Notes under the pieces: model-generated
The model's database searches: none
Seen by the model: the letters and a program-made list of their open reading frames with translations, nothing else
Told to the model about the DNA's origin: nothing
Part shown: positions 9,923 to 18,985 of the stretch, piece after piece
Layout: every line of letters begins with the position of its first letter
Numbering within the stretch: position 1 is the stretch's first letter
Position numbers and translations under genes: made by a program
Assembly: GCA_005879805.1 (NCBI GenBank)
Contig: VBKL01000053.1
Location: 157,716-221,715, forward strand
Length of the DNA stretch: 64,000 nt
Source of the DNA: Deltaproteobacteria bacterium
GTDB taxonomy: Bacteria > Myxococcota > Myxococcia > Myxococcales > 40CM-4-68-19
Direction: 5' to 3'

Positions 9923-10930
9923 TCAGCCCTCGTCGGGAACGACGTCGAGCTCGAGGAGGGTCCCGTTTCGCAAAACCTTGGCGGGGAGGCGGCGTCCGAT
10001 GGAGGAGGCGTCGAGCACCCGGTGCACATCGTCCACGCTCTTCACCGCCTTGCCGTCGAGGAAGACGAGGACGTCGCCCGGGCGCAGATCCGCCTTCGTG
10101 GCCGGCCGGCCTGCCTGGACCTCCATGATTTCCACACCGGTCCCGGCGGCGATCTCGAACTTGCGCGCGCTGCGCTTCGGCAAGGGCCGTACCTGCGCCG
10201 CGACACCGAGGAAGCCGCGCCGGACCCTGCCGACCGTCATGAGCTGGCCGATGACCCAGCGCGCGGTATCGACCGGAACGGCGAAGGACAATCCCTGCGC
10301 GCCGAGGATGATCATGGTGTTGATGCCGACCACGCGCGCCCGGCTGTCCACCAGCGGCCCGCCAGAATTGCCGGGATTGAGCGCCACGTCCGTCTGCAGG
10401 ACGGGATCGATGAGGCGGCCATCCTGGGCCCGCATGGTGCGGCCGAGGGCGCTGATGACGCCCGCCGAGACGGTGCTGCTGAAGCCGAGCGGATTGCCGA
10501 TGGCGACGACCAGCTGTCCGACGCGGAGATCCTGGGAGGTTCCCAGCTCCGCGTGCGGCAGCTTGGTGCCTTCGACGCGGACCACGGCCAGATCCGTCGC
10601 CGGATCCGCTCCGACGAGCGATCCGACGAGGTCGGCGCCGTCGGTGAGCGTGACGCGCAGGTCGCGGGCGCGCTCGACCACGTGGGCGTTGGTGAGGATG
10701 TAGCCGTCCGGGGCGAAGATGACCCCGGAGCCGCCGCCGCGCTGTCCGCGGCGGTTGCGGGCCGCGATCCCGACCACGGCCGGCCCGACCCGCTCGACCA
10801 CGCGGACGACCGCCTCGGAGTAGGCGTCGAGGAGGCGCGAATCATCTGCCGGCACCGGCGCGGGTGGGCGATCTTGTTCGGCAGGAGAACGATCGTTCGG
10901 ATCGAGGACGGCCAGGGCGCGGGGCTTCAT
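9923..10930 (-). CDS. HtrA/DegP-family (S1C) serine protease with one PDZ domain
   Basis: Catalytic triad contexts TNAHVV, ATDLAVV and GNSGGPL, plus a C-terminal PDZ-like GVEIMEVQAGRPATKADLRPGDVLVFLDG. ATG at 10930; the rest of the 1261-aa track ORF is not this gene. Confidence 0.9.
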   Translation of the reverse strand: MKPRALAVLDPNDRSPAEQDRPPAPVPADDSRLLDAYSEAVVRVVERVGPAVVGIAARNRRGQRGGGSGVIFAPDGYILTNAHVVERARDLRVTLTDGADLVGSLVGADPATDLAVVRVEGTKLPHAELGTSQDLRVGQLVVAIGNPLGFSSTVSAGVISALGRTMRAQDGRLIDPVLQTDVALNPGNSGGPLVDSRARVVGINTMIILGAQGLSFAVPVDTARWVIGQLMTVGRVRRGFLGVAAQVRPLPKRSARKFEIAAGTGVEIMEVQAGRPATKADLRPGDVLVFLDGKAVKSVDDVHRVLDASSIGRRLPAKVLRNGTLLELDVVPDEG

Positions 10931-10962
10931 GGCGGGCGAAAGTGCGCACCGGATCGGCCGTG

Positions 10963-11869
10963 TCAAGCGAGGCGCGCGAGCGTCTCCCGCATCTCGCGCT
11001 CGAATCGGGGCGCGGCGAATCGCTCCGCGTGCTCGCGAATCCAAGCAGGATCGAAGTCCCGCTGCAGGCGGTCGATCTCCTCGATCCCCGCAATGAGGGA
11101 GTCGACCGTCGGCTCGTCGAAGAAGACGCCGCTCTTCTCCGGCACGACCGTTTCCAGCGCGCCTCCTCGCGCCAGAGCAAGAACAGGCCTTCCGGCCGCC
11201 TGCGCCTCGACCGGGGCGATGCCGAAATCCTCCTCGCACGGCAAGACGAAGAAGGAGGCGCGCGCATACAGCGCGGCAAGGTCCGCGTGCGGAACGCTGC
11301 CGAGGAACCGCACGCTGGGACCAGCCATCGCCTCGAGCCGCTTGCGCCCCGGACCATCGCCGGCGACGAGGAGGCGCCGGCCCAGACGTGCAAACGATTG
11401 CACCGCCAGCTCGACCCGCTTGTAGGGCACCAGCGCGGTGACGACGAGCGCGTAACCGTGCGGCCCCTTCTCTTCGTCTGCCCTTGCCGAAATAGACGTC
11501 GAACTGGTCCCACACGTAGCGCATCGGCGTGTGCACGTAGCTGACGTGGCGCGCCCCCTCTGCCGCCTGCGCGCCCTTCGCGACGGCATGGCTGGTCGAG
11601 ACGACCAGGTCGTAGGAACGGAGGTCGAGCGACTCGATGGCCGCAGGAAAGAGCGGGAGGTAATTGCGGTAGCGCGTGTGCGCGAAGGGAAGGCGCTGGA
11701 GGAAGCTCGTCGTGATGCGGTGGCTCTCGATGATCGGGCCGCAGGTTCCCGGCACGTGCAGGAGCGTGAAGATGTCCGCGTCCGGGTAGATGCGGCAGAG
11801 GACCTCGAGGACGCGCTCGCCGCCGCGCAGCCCGGTGAGCCAGTCGTGCACGAGCGCGACGCGCTTCAC
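10963..11869 (-). pseudogene. GT4 glycosyltransferase, frameshifted and internally shortened (or assembly artefact)
   Basis: The N-terminal half (VKRVALVHDWLTGLRGGERV...YVHTPMRYVWDQFDVYFGKG) is in one frame. The C-terminal half (EEKGPHGYALVVTALVPYKRV...EEDFGIAPVEAQAAGRPV...) is in the +1 frame, with the switch near 11480. The 907-nt span is not a multiple of 3. Confidence 0.7.
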
Positions 11870-12978
11870 GCGAGGGCCTCGCGGTAGACGCGCAGATGCT
11901 CGCTCGCGCTGCGCTCCCAGGTGAATGTCGATGCGCGGGCGGGGCCGCGGCGCGAAAGGTCCGCGCGCACGGTCTGGTCGTCGAGCGCGCGCTCGAGGGC
12001 GGCGGCGAGCGCCGCGGGATCGGCTCGCCTGGCGTGGAGGGCGGCGCCCCCGGCTACCTCGACCAGGGCCGGATCGTCGCTCGCGACGCAGGGAACGCCG
12101 CAGGCCATCGCTTCCAGCAGGGGCAGTCCGAATCCCTCGTAGCGGGAGGGATAGCAGCATGCCGCGGCACCTCGGAGGAGCGCGGGGAGATCGGCGTCGG
12201 GAACGTAGCCGAGGAGAGTCGCGTCGCGGAGGTCGGGCGCGCCCCTCTCCCGGGGACCCGCCAGGAGGAGGTCGTGCTCGCGGCGCAGTCGTTCCGGTAG
12301 CGCCGAGAAGGCATCGAGGAGCGTGTCGAGGCCTTTGCGCGCGTTGAGCGCGCCCACGTAAAGAACATAGGCGCGGCGCCAGGGACGGCGCGCGCCGTCC
12401 GGGGTGAAGGCTGGTCCCACGCCGTGGGGAATGGCCCGGATGCGATCGCGGGAAAGACCGAGCAGCTCGACGGCTTCCCGGGCGATGGCTTCGGTCGGCG
12501 TGACGATGCGCGCAGCACGGCCAGCGCCCTCGCGCAAGGCGCGGGCGAAATGACGCGCGCGCGCGGGTTCCTGCGTCTCGGGAAAACGGATGGTGGACAG
12601 GTCGTGGATGGTGACGACTACCGGCCCGCGGAAACGGGGGGCCGCGTGATTGGTCTCGTGATAGAGGCTCAGGTCCCGGCGCGCGGCGAGCGTAGCTGAG
12701 CGGGCGGCCTGCGCGAGATCGTAGGAGGCGGGAAGCCGCTTCACGAAGGCGCGGACGAGGGATGTGGCGCGAACCAGGGCGCCATTGGGGCTTTGGACCG
12801 CCGCCCGCGGTGCGAAGAGGGCGATACAGCGCAGATCGGGCACTGGGTGGGCAGCGAGCGACTCGAGGAGGCCGGCGATGTACCGTCCCACCCCGGTGCG
12901 AGGGGCGAGGAGCGGCGCGGCGTTGATCCCGACGGAGAGCAAGGGCGGAGGATCTAACACGTAGATGAAGGCCCCCAA
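11866..12978 (-). CDS. GT4 (group 1) glycosyltransferase
   Basis: Has GVGRYIAGL, YHETNH and the C-terminal YPSRYEGFGLPLLEAMACGVPCVAS (EX7E-type motif). The stop overlaps the downstream GTG start (GTGA). Confidence 0.85.
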   Translation of the reverse strand: MGAFIYVLDPPPLLSVGINAAPLLAPRTGVGRYIAGLLESLAAHPVPDLRCIALFAPRAAVQSPNGALVRATSLVRAFVKRLPASYDLAQAARSATLAARRDLSLYHETNHAAPRFRGPVVVTIHDLSTIRFPETQEPARARHFARALREGAGRAARIVTPTEAIAREAVELLGLSRDRIRAIPHGVGPAFTPDGARRPWRRAYVLYVGALNARKGLDTLLDAFSALPERLRREHDLLLAGPRERGAPDLRDATLLGYVPDADLPALLRGAAACCYPSRYEGFGLPLLEAMACGVPCVASDDPALVEVAGGAALHARRADPAALAAALERALDDQTVRADLSRRGPARASTFTWERSASEHLRVYREALA

Positions 12979-13912
12979 GATTCACGCCATCGTCGTCACC
13001 CATCGCGGGGCAGACATGCTTCCGGCCTGTTTGCGGGCGCTGGAGGCGGACGTGCGGCAGGGGGCGGCCGAGGTCGAGATCGTGGTGGTCGACAACGCGT
13101 CCACCGATGGCACCGAGTCGATCCTCCGAGCCGACTTCCCGCAAGCGACCGTGCTGCGCCTGCCCGAGAATGCCGGGTATGGGCGCGCCAACAACGTCGC
13201 GCTCCGCCGGGCGCTGGCCGCGGGCGCCGATTACGCGGCGCTCGTCAACGACGACGTCGAGGTCCGTCCGGGCTGGCTCTCTGCGCTCGTTCAGGCGGCC
13301 ACCCTCCATCCGGAGGCGGGCCTCTTGAACGGCACCCTGGTGTTCCGGGGCGAGGACCGGGTGAACTCCACCGGCCTCGTCATCGACCGCCTGGGACGCG
13401 CTCGGGACCGCGATTTCGGAGTTCCCCTCGCCGACCTTCGCCGCGAGGAGGGCCCCGTCGAGGGCGCGAGCGGCGGTGCCCTGCTGATGCGGTCGGCCTT
13501 GCTCCTGCGCATCGGCGTGTTCGACCCGGCATACTTCGCCTACTACGAGGACGTGGACCTTTCGCTGCGCGCGCGGCGCGCGGGATCGATCTGCTGGTAC
13601 GTGCCGGGGGCGGTCGCGGACCATCGATTCGCGTCGACGGTGGGGGCGGGATCCGCGCGGCAGCGCTATCTGCTCGGCCGGGGCCACCTCCGTACCCTGG
13701 CCCTCCACCAGCCCGCCTTTCGCGCCGTGGCGCTGGTCCCGCTCACGGCCGCCTTCCGGCTCGCGGTGAAATCGCCGCTGGAGCTTCTGCGAGGACGCCC
13801 CGACCTCGCTGCCGCCGAGGCGCGCGCCGGGATCGACGGCGCCCGCGCGGCATTGCTCGCCCTGCCCATCCGCGTCCGGGCGGGAATCCCGCGAGGGGCA
13901 GAACCGCGCTGA
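12965..13912 (+). CDS. GT2 glycosyltransferase (rhamnosyltransferase/WbbL-like)
   Basis: IHAIVVTHRG..., VVVDNASTDGT, ENAGYGRANN, LVNDDVEV, GGALLMR and YYEDVDLSLR are typical GT-A family 2 motifs. Confidence 0.85.
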   Translation: MKAPKIHAIVVTHRGADMLPACLRALEADVRQGAAEVEIVVVDNASTDGTESILRADFPQATVLRLPENAGYGRANNVALRRALAAGADYAALVNDDVEVRPGWLSALVQAATLHPEAGLLNGTLVFRGEDRVNSTGLVIDRLGRARDRDFGVPLADLRREEGPVEGASGGALLMRSALLLRIGVFDPAYFAYYEDVDLSLRARRAGSICWYVPGAVADHRFASTVGAGSARQRYLLGRGHLRTLALHQPAFRAVALVPLTAAFRLAVKSPLELLRGRPDLAAAEARAGIDGARAALLALPIRVRAGIPRGAEPR

Positions 13913-13916
13913 TCCG

Positions 13917-14801
13917 TCAGCGGCGGTAGATGATGACCGCCGCCGTCGCTGCCCATCCTGCGAGGGCGAGGAGCAACCCCGGATCCCGCGCCAGCACGTT
14001 GCCCGGATCGCCCCCGGCCCCCCGGCGCACGACCAGCTCGTGGTACCGGAACAGCGCGTAGACGACGAACGGCAGCGTGTAGAGCAGGTCGGTGGTCCCG
14101 AAATGCTCCACGGTGCGCTGCGACTGCGTATAGAGCGCGTAGGAGACGATGGTCGCGCCGGTCAGCGCGACCAGCCACCCGTCGAGGAGCGGTACCGTAT
14201 AGCGAGCCAGCGCCGGCCGATGCTGCTCCGCCTCCTCGCCCAGGAGCGAAAGCTCCGCCCGTCGCTTGGCGATGGCGAGATAGAGCGCAAGCAGGAAGGT
14301 GCAGCAGAGGAGCCAGGGGGAGATCTCGACCGGAAGCGCGGCTGCCCCCGCGGCGGCGCGCAGGACGAATCCGGCGGCCACGATCATCACGTCGAGGACG
14401 TGAACCCGCTTGAGGCCGGCCGTGTAGAGCAGGCTCGAGAGGAGGTACGCGAGGACGATCCACAACAGGGGCCGCGAGAGCGCAGCGCTCCCCACCACCG
14501 CAGCGAGCGCGGCGACGACCGCGGTCGCGATCGCCGGTCTCGTGCCGAGGCGCCCAGAGGCGATCGGCCGCGCGCGCTTCATCGGATGGAGCGCGTCCTG
14601 GTCGCGATCGGCGACGTCGTTGGCGAGATACACGGCACTCGCCGCCGCGCAGAAGATGGCGAAGGCCAGAAGGGAGCGCAGCACCGCCGCTCGCTCGAAC
14701 AGCTGACCGCCGAAGAGGAGCCCCGCGAAGACGAACGCGTTCTTGGTCCACTGCCGCGGACGCAACGCCTCGAAGAGCGGCGATCGCGGCAAGGGGATCA
14801 C
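13917..14801 (-). CDS. UbiA-family decaprenyl-phosphate phosphoribosyltransferase (DPPRS)-like prenyl-phosphate 5-phosphoribosyltransferase
   Basis: LRPRQWTKNAFVFAGLLF, YLANDVADRDQDALHPMKRARPIASG (the NDxxDxxxD motif) and multiple TM helices. GTG 14801 overlaps the upstream stop (GTGA). Confidence 0.8.
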   Translation of the reverse strand: MIPLPRSPLFEALRPRQWTKNAFVFAGLLFGGQLFERAAVLRSLLAFAIFCAAASAVYLANDVADRDQDALHPMKRARPIASGRLGTRPAIATAVVAALAAVVGSAALSRPLLWIVLAYLLSSLLYTAGLKRVHVLDVMIVAAGFVLRAAAGAAALPVEISPWLLCCTFLLALYLAIAKRRAELSLLGEEAEQHRPALARYTVPLLDGWLVALTGATIVSYALYTQSQRTVEHFGTTDLLYTLPFVVYALFRYHELVVRRGAGGDPGNVLARDPGLLLALAGWAATAAVIIYRR

Positions 14802-15373
14802 GCCTCGATCGCGGGTCCGGGCACAGGTCCCCGAGCAAGCTCGCGGTAGCGCGCCCAGGCTCCGTCGACGGCTCCATCGAAGGCGAGCCTTCCATGGTGC
14901 AGCACCGCGGCGCGCGGGCAGAGCTCGCGGGCCGCCTCGAACGAGTGCGAGACGAAGAGGAAGGCGAAGGCGACGATGCGATCGAACTTGGACTCCATCT
15001 GCTTGCGCGTGAAGCCGAGCAGCGCGCCGTTGAGGAACACGTTGTCGTGGCCGCTCAGCTCCGGATCGAACCCCGCGCCGAGCTCGATCATCGGGCTCAG
15101 CCGCCCCTGGGTCGCGAGCGCGCCTTCGCTCGGTTGCAGCACGCCGGCAATGGTCTTGAGCAGCGTGCTCTTCCCCGAGCCGTTGTGACCGACGAGGGCG
15201 AGCGCCTCCCCGGGCGCGACCTCGAGCGAGACGTGGCGCAGCGCCCAGAAAGTCTCCGCGCCGCGAAGGTGGCGGAACCGGTTGGCCACCGCTTCCTTGA
15301 GCGTGGAGACCTTCTCCCGGTAGAGCCGGTAGGCGATGCCGACGTCCTGGGCGGTGATCTGTCCGTCGCGCAT
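14798..15373 (-). CDS. Polysaccharide-export ABC transporter ATP-binding protein (Wzt/TagH-like) lacking the signature and Walker B region
   Basis: Walker A GHNGSGKST, Q-loop IELGAGF, then ...KFDRIVAFA directly joined to FLFVSHS (H-loop). The YSSGM/LSGGQ signature and Walker B are not present. Only 191 aa. Confidence 0.8.
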   Translation of the reverse strand: MRDGQITAQDVGIAYRLYREKVSTLKEAVANRFRHLRGAETFWALRHVSLEVAPGEALALVGHNGSGKSTLLKTIAGVLQPSEGALATQGRLSPMIELGAGFDPELSGHDNVFLNGALLGFTRKQMESKFDRIVAFAFLFVSHSFEAARELCPRAAVLHHGRLAFDGAVDGAWARYRELARGPVPGPAIEA

Positions 15374-16239
15374 CAGAAGTGATGGATGTGCCGCGGCTCG
15401 AGCCGCACGAAGACGCCGTAGCCGAGGAGCAGCATGGCAACGGCGCAGCCGCAGGCGATCCCCAAGCTGGAGAGCGACGGGATGCGTCCGTAGTAGACGG
15501 GGTCGCGGAACAGCGGGAGGAGATAGCTCATCGGGTTGAGCCGCAATTCCAGCCGGAAGAGCCGGAACCACCAGCTGTCGCGGCTGCCCAGCTGCGCGAC
15601 GTCGTAGAGGATGGGCGACAGATAGAGCAACACCTGGAGAAGCACCTCGGTGAGATGGCGCACATCCCGGAAGAACACGGTGGCGCTGGCGAGAAGGAGC
15701 GTCGCCCCGGCGGTGAAGAGCGTCAGCACGGCGATTCCTACCGGCAGGAAGAGGAGCGCCGCCGTGAAGCGCTGCCGGATGGCGAGCATCATGACGAAGA
15801 GCGGCACCAGCGAGAGGCCGAGGTTCACCAGGTTCGATCCGACCACCGAGATGGGAAACACCGCCTGCGGCACCCGCACCTTGCGCACCAGCTCCTGGTT
15901 CACCAGCACCGACATGAGCCCCTGCAACAGCGCGGTCGAGAAGTAGATCCAGGGCAACAGTCCCGCGAGCAGGAAGATGGCGAAGTTGGGCAGCGCGGCG
16001 GGCATGATGGTGGTGAAGACCACCGCGTACACGACCATCAGGAGCAGCGGATTGAGCATCGTCCACAGGACGCCGAGGACGCTGCGCTTGTAGCGGACCT
16101 TCAGCTCGCGCGCGACGAGGAGGAAGACGAGCTGGCGGAAGCTCCACAGCTCGGCCAGGCGCGACGGCTTCTTCTTGACCTCGATGAGCGGAGGGGCGGC
16201 CACCGCCGGCACCACTGCTCGTTCCGCGGCCTGTGTCAC
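15373..16239 (-). CDS. ABC-2 type polysaccharide-export permease (Wzm/TagG-like)
   Basis: LVFLLVARELKVRYKRSVLGVLWTMLNPLL... and six hydrophobic segments. GTG 16239 overlaps the rmlD stop (GTGA). The stop shares one nt with the Wzt ATG. Confidence 0.85.
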   Translation of the reverse strand: MTQAAERAVVPAVAAPPLIEVKKKPSRLAELWSFRQLVFLLVARELKVRYKRSVLGVLWTMLNPLLLMVVYAVVFTTIMPAALPNFAIFLLAGLLPWIYFSTALLQGLMSVLVNQELVRKVRVPQAVFPISVVGSNLVNLGLSLVPLFVMMLAIRQRFTAALLFLPVGIAVLTLFTAGATLLLASATVFFRDVRHLTEVLLQVLLYLSPILYDVAQLGSRDSWWFRLFRLELRLNPMSYLLPLFRDPVYYGRIPSLSSLGIACGCAVAMLLLGYGVFVRLEPRHIHHF

Positions 16240-17159
16240 CGGACGCGCTCGCGGGCGAAACGCTCCAGCTGCGCGCTCAGGTCGAGCGGAACGGCTGACC
16301 CGAGGAGTCGGCGGATCTTGTCCACCCGCAGGCTCGAGTTGCGGGGCCGCGGGGCGGCCAGCGCCACCGACGAGAGGGGCACGCCCACCACCAGGCCCTC
16401 GTTCGCGCCCAAGGTGCGGGCGAGCGCGCGGGCGAAATCGAACCGGGTGACCGCGCTCCCGCCGGCGCAATGCCACACGCCTTTCTCCCCGCTTCGCAAG
16501 AGCCCGATCACCATCTCCGCGGCGTTGTCGGCGAGCGTCGGGGAGACCGTCTGATCGGAGAACGCCTTCACTTCCTTGCCGGCGAGGAGCGCCTCCGCGG
16601 CGCTGCCGGCGAACGTCCGCTTCGATCCCTTCCTCGCGCTGTAGACGACGGCGACGCGGGCGACGGCGACATCCACGCCGAGCAGGAGCGCCGCTTCCTC
16701 GCCGGCGCGTTTGGTGCGGGCGTAGGTCCCCCGGGGGTTGGGCCGATCCTCCTCCACATAGCTTCGTCCCGCTTCTCCGTCGAAGACGTAGTCGGTGGAG
16801 AGCGCGACCAGGCGCGCCCCGACGGCGCGGGCAGCCATCGCCGCTTCCGCGGTGGCGGAGACGTTCGCGGTCCAGGCCTGGAGCGGATCGGCCTCGCACG
16901 CATCCACGTCGGTCATCGCGCCGCAGTGGACGATGGCGGCTGGACCCGAGCGCTCGATCGCGTCGCGCAGGGAGCCCGCGCGTGCCAGGTCCGTCTCCAC
17001 GTATTCGACGCCGGGCAGATCGGCGATCGCTTCCCGCCGCGCGCCCCGGCCGGTGGCGATGACGGGCTGCCCCGCCTGCGCGAGCCGCGCGACGACGCGG
17101 CTTCCCGTAAGGCCGTTCGCGCCGGTGACCAGCACCGTCGATCGGGGCCCGAAGCTCAT
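16236..17159 (-). CDS. rfbD: dTDP-4-dehydrorhamnose reductase family (RmlD)
   Basis: VLVTGANGLTGS, STDYVFDG and Y-x3-K (TYARTKRAGE) fit the RmlD substrate-binding family. ATG 17159 overlaps the rmlB stop (ATGA). Confidence 0.85.
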   Translation of the reverse strand: MSFGPRSTVLVTGANGLTGSRVVARLAQAGQPVIATGRGARREAIADLPGVEYVETDLARAGSLRDAIERSGPAAIVHCGAMTDVDACEADPLQAWTANVSATAEAAMAARAVGARLVALSTDYVFDGEAGRSYVEEDRPNPRGTYARTKRAGEEAALLLGVDVAVARVAVVYSARKGSKRTFAGSAAEALLAGKEVKAFSDQTVSPTLADNAAEMVIGLLRSGEKGVWHCAGGSAVTRFDFARALARTLGANEGLVVGVPLSSVALAAPRPRNSSLRVDKIRRLLGSAVPLDLSAQLERFARERVR

Positions 17160-18187
17160 CCACGCTCCCCGTAGTTCTTCTCGTAGTACGTCCGGTACTC
17201 GCCGGTTCGCACCCGCTCCCACCAGCCGCGATTGTCGAGATACCACGCAACGGTGCGTTCCAGCCCGTCGGCGAAGGCGATCCGCGGCGCCCAGCCGAGC
17301 TCGGAGCGCGCTTTCCCCGCTTCGATGGCGTAACGCCGGTCGTGGCCCGGGCGATCCTTCACGTGCTCGATGAGCGATTCCGGCTTGCGGAGCACGGCGA
17401 GGATCTTGCGCACGATGTGCAGATTGGGCCACTCGTTGTCGGACCCGACGTTATAGGTCTCTCCGGGCCTGCCCCTCTCCAGCGCGGCGAGCAAGGCGGC
17501 GCAGTGGTCCTCTACATGGATCCAGTCGCGGACCTGCATCCCGTCGCCGTAGACGGGGAGCGGCTTCCCTTCCAGCGCGTTGGCGATCATCAGCGGGATC
17601 AGCTTCTCCGGAAACTGGTAGGGACCGTAATTATTCGAGCAGCGCGTCGTCACCACGTCCATCCCGAACGTATGCCGGTATCCGTGCACGAGGAGATCGG
17701 CCGCGGCCTTGGAAGCGGAGTACGGCGAGGAAGGTCGCAGCGGCGAGCTCTCCGTGAATCGTCCGGCAGGTCCCAAAGACCCGTAGACCTCGTCGGTGCT
17801 CACCTGCAGGAAGCGTTTCACCTTGCAGATCCGCGCCACGTCGAGCAGCGCTTGCGTTCCGGCCACGTTGGTTTCCACGAAGATGGCGGGGCCGAGGATG
17901 CTGCGGTCCACGTGGCTCTCGGCGGCCAGATTGAGGATGGCTTCGATGCCGTGCTCGAGGCAGAGACGCTCGACCAGTCGCGTGTCCGCGATGTCGCCGC
18001 GCACGAAGAGGTGACGCTTGTCGTCCTGGAGATCGGCGAGCGATTCCAGGTTCCCGGCGTAGGTGAGCTTGTCGAGATTGATGACCGCCCACCGCGGACG
18101 CTCGCGCAGGATGTGTCGGACGAGGTTCGAGCCGATGAAGCCCGCGCCGCCCGTGACGAGCACGGCGGTGCGCGCCCCGCCCTCCAC
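17156..18187 (-). CDS. rfbB: dTDP-glucose 4,6-dehydratase
   Basis: VLVTGGAGFIGSN, LAAESHVDRS, STDEVYG, PYSASKAAADLLV, NNYGPYQFPEKLIP and GDGMQVRDWIHVEDH. GTG 18187 shares one nt with the rmlA stop (TAGTG). Confidence 0.92.
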   Translation of the reverse strand: MEGGARTAVLVTGGAGFIGSNLVRHILRERPRWAVINLDKLTYAGNLESLADLQDDKRHLFVRGDIADTRLVERLCLEHGIEAILNLAAESHVDRSILGPAIFVETNVAGTQALLDVARICKVKRFLQVSTDEVYGSLGPAGRFTESSPLRPSSPYSASKAAADLLVHGYRHTFGMDVVTTRCSNNYGPYQFPEKLIPLMIANALEGKPLPVYGDGMQVRDWIHVEDHCAALLAALERGRPGETYNVGSDNEWPNLHIVRKILAVLRKPESLIEHVKDRPGHDRRYAIEAGKARSELGWAPRIAFADGLERTVAWYLDNRGWWERVRTGEYRTYYEKNYGERG

Positions 18188-18957
18188 TATCGATCTCCCG
18201 CGCCGTGCGGGCCGGCGCTCCCGCGCTCCGCCTCGACCGCGTTCTGCGCCCGTCCGGTCACCAGCTCGTGGGCCGCGTGGAGCGACTCGAAGGTGCCGGC
18301 GTCGGTCCACCAGCCCGCCAGGCGATCGCACTGCAATGTCCCGGCCAGCAGGTAATGGTTGTTCACGTCGGTGATCTCGAGTTCGCCGCGGCGGGAGGGC
18401 TTGAGGCTCTTGATGATGGAGAAGACGTCGGCGTCGTAGAAATAGACGCCGACCACCGCGAGATCGCTCTTCGGCTCGGCGGGCTTCTCCACGATGCGAA
18501 TCACGCGCGACCCTTCCACCTCGGCGACGCCGTACCGCTGCGGATCGTGCACGGACTTGAGGATGAGACGCGCGCCGCGGCCCTGGGCTTCGAAGGCATC
18601 CACGAAGCGGCGGAGGGGATCCTGGAAGACGTTGTCGCCGAGGATGACGCACATCGGATCGCGCCCCGCGAAGCATTCCGCAAGGCCGAGCGCCTGCGCG
18701 ATCCCGCCCGCCTCGTCCTGGACCTTGTAGGTGAAGCGGCAGCCGAAGTCCTTGCCGGAGCCGAGCAGGTTGACGACGTCGCCCATGTGCTCGACGCCGG
18801 TGACGACCAGGATCTCGTCGATTCCGGCCTCGATGAGCTTCTTGACGGGATGGAAGATCATCGGCTCGCGGCCGACAGGCAACAGGTGCTTGTTGGTCAC
18901 CTTGGTGAGCGGAAACAGGCGCGACCCGGTTCCGCCGGCGAGGATGATGCCCTTCAT
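18187..18957 (-). CDS. rfbA: Glucose-1-phosphate thymidylyltransferase-type sugar nucleotidyltransferase
   Basis: MKGIILAGGTGSRLFPLTKVTNKHLLPV, GGIAQAL, ILGDN, EKP and ELEITDVN motifs. Confidence 0.88.
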   Translation of the reverse strand: MKGIILAGGTGSRLFPLTKVTNKHLLPVGREPMIFHPVKKLIEAGIDEILVVTGVEHMGDVVNLLGSGKDFGCRFTYKVQDEAGGIAQALGLAECFAGRDPMCVILGDNVFQDPLRRFVDAFEAQGRGARLILKSVHDPQRYGVAEVEGSRVIRIVEKPAEPKSDLAVVGVYFYDADVFSIIKSLKPSRRGELEITDVNNHYLLAGTLQCDRLAGWWTDAGTFESLHAAHELVTGRAQNAVEAERGSAGPHGAGDR

Positions 18958-18985
18958 CGCGGCTCCTTGAACGGCGCGCGTTGTA

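Noticed and set aside
10931-13708. Upstream 900+ codons of the 1261-aa minus-strand ORF 9923..13708
   Set aside because: Only the last 335 codons (the HtrA protease from ATG 10930) are coding-like. Further upstream, parts of the same frame do coincide with the N-terminal half of the GT4 pseudogene. The rest runs out of frame through the GT4 genes and antisense to the GT2 gene.
8441-18957. rmlC and dprE1/dprE2 within the glycan cluster
   Set aside because: I looked for a ~180-aa cupin and for FAD-oxidoreductase or short-SDR partners. None of the ORFs in or beside the cluster fits, so they are reported as absent from the window, not as features.
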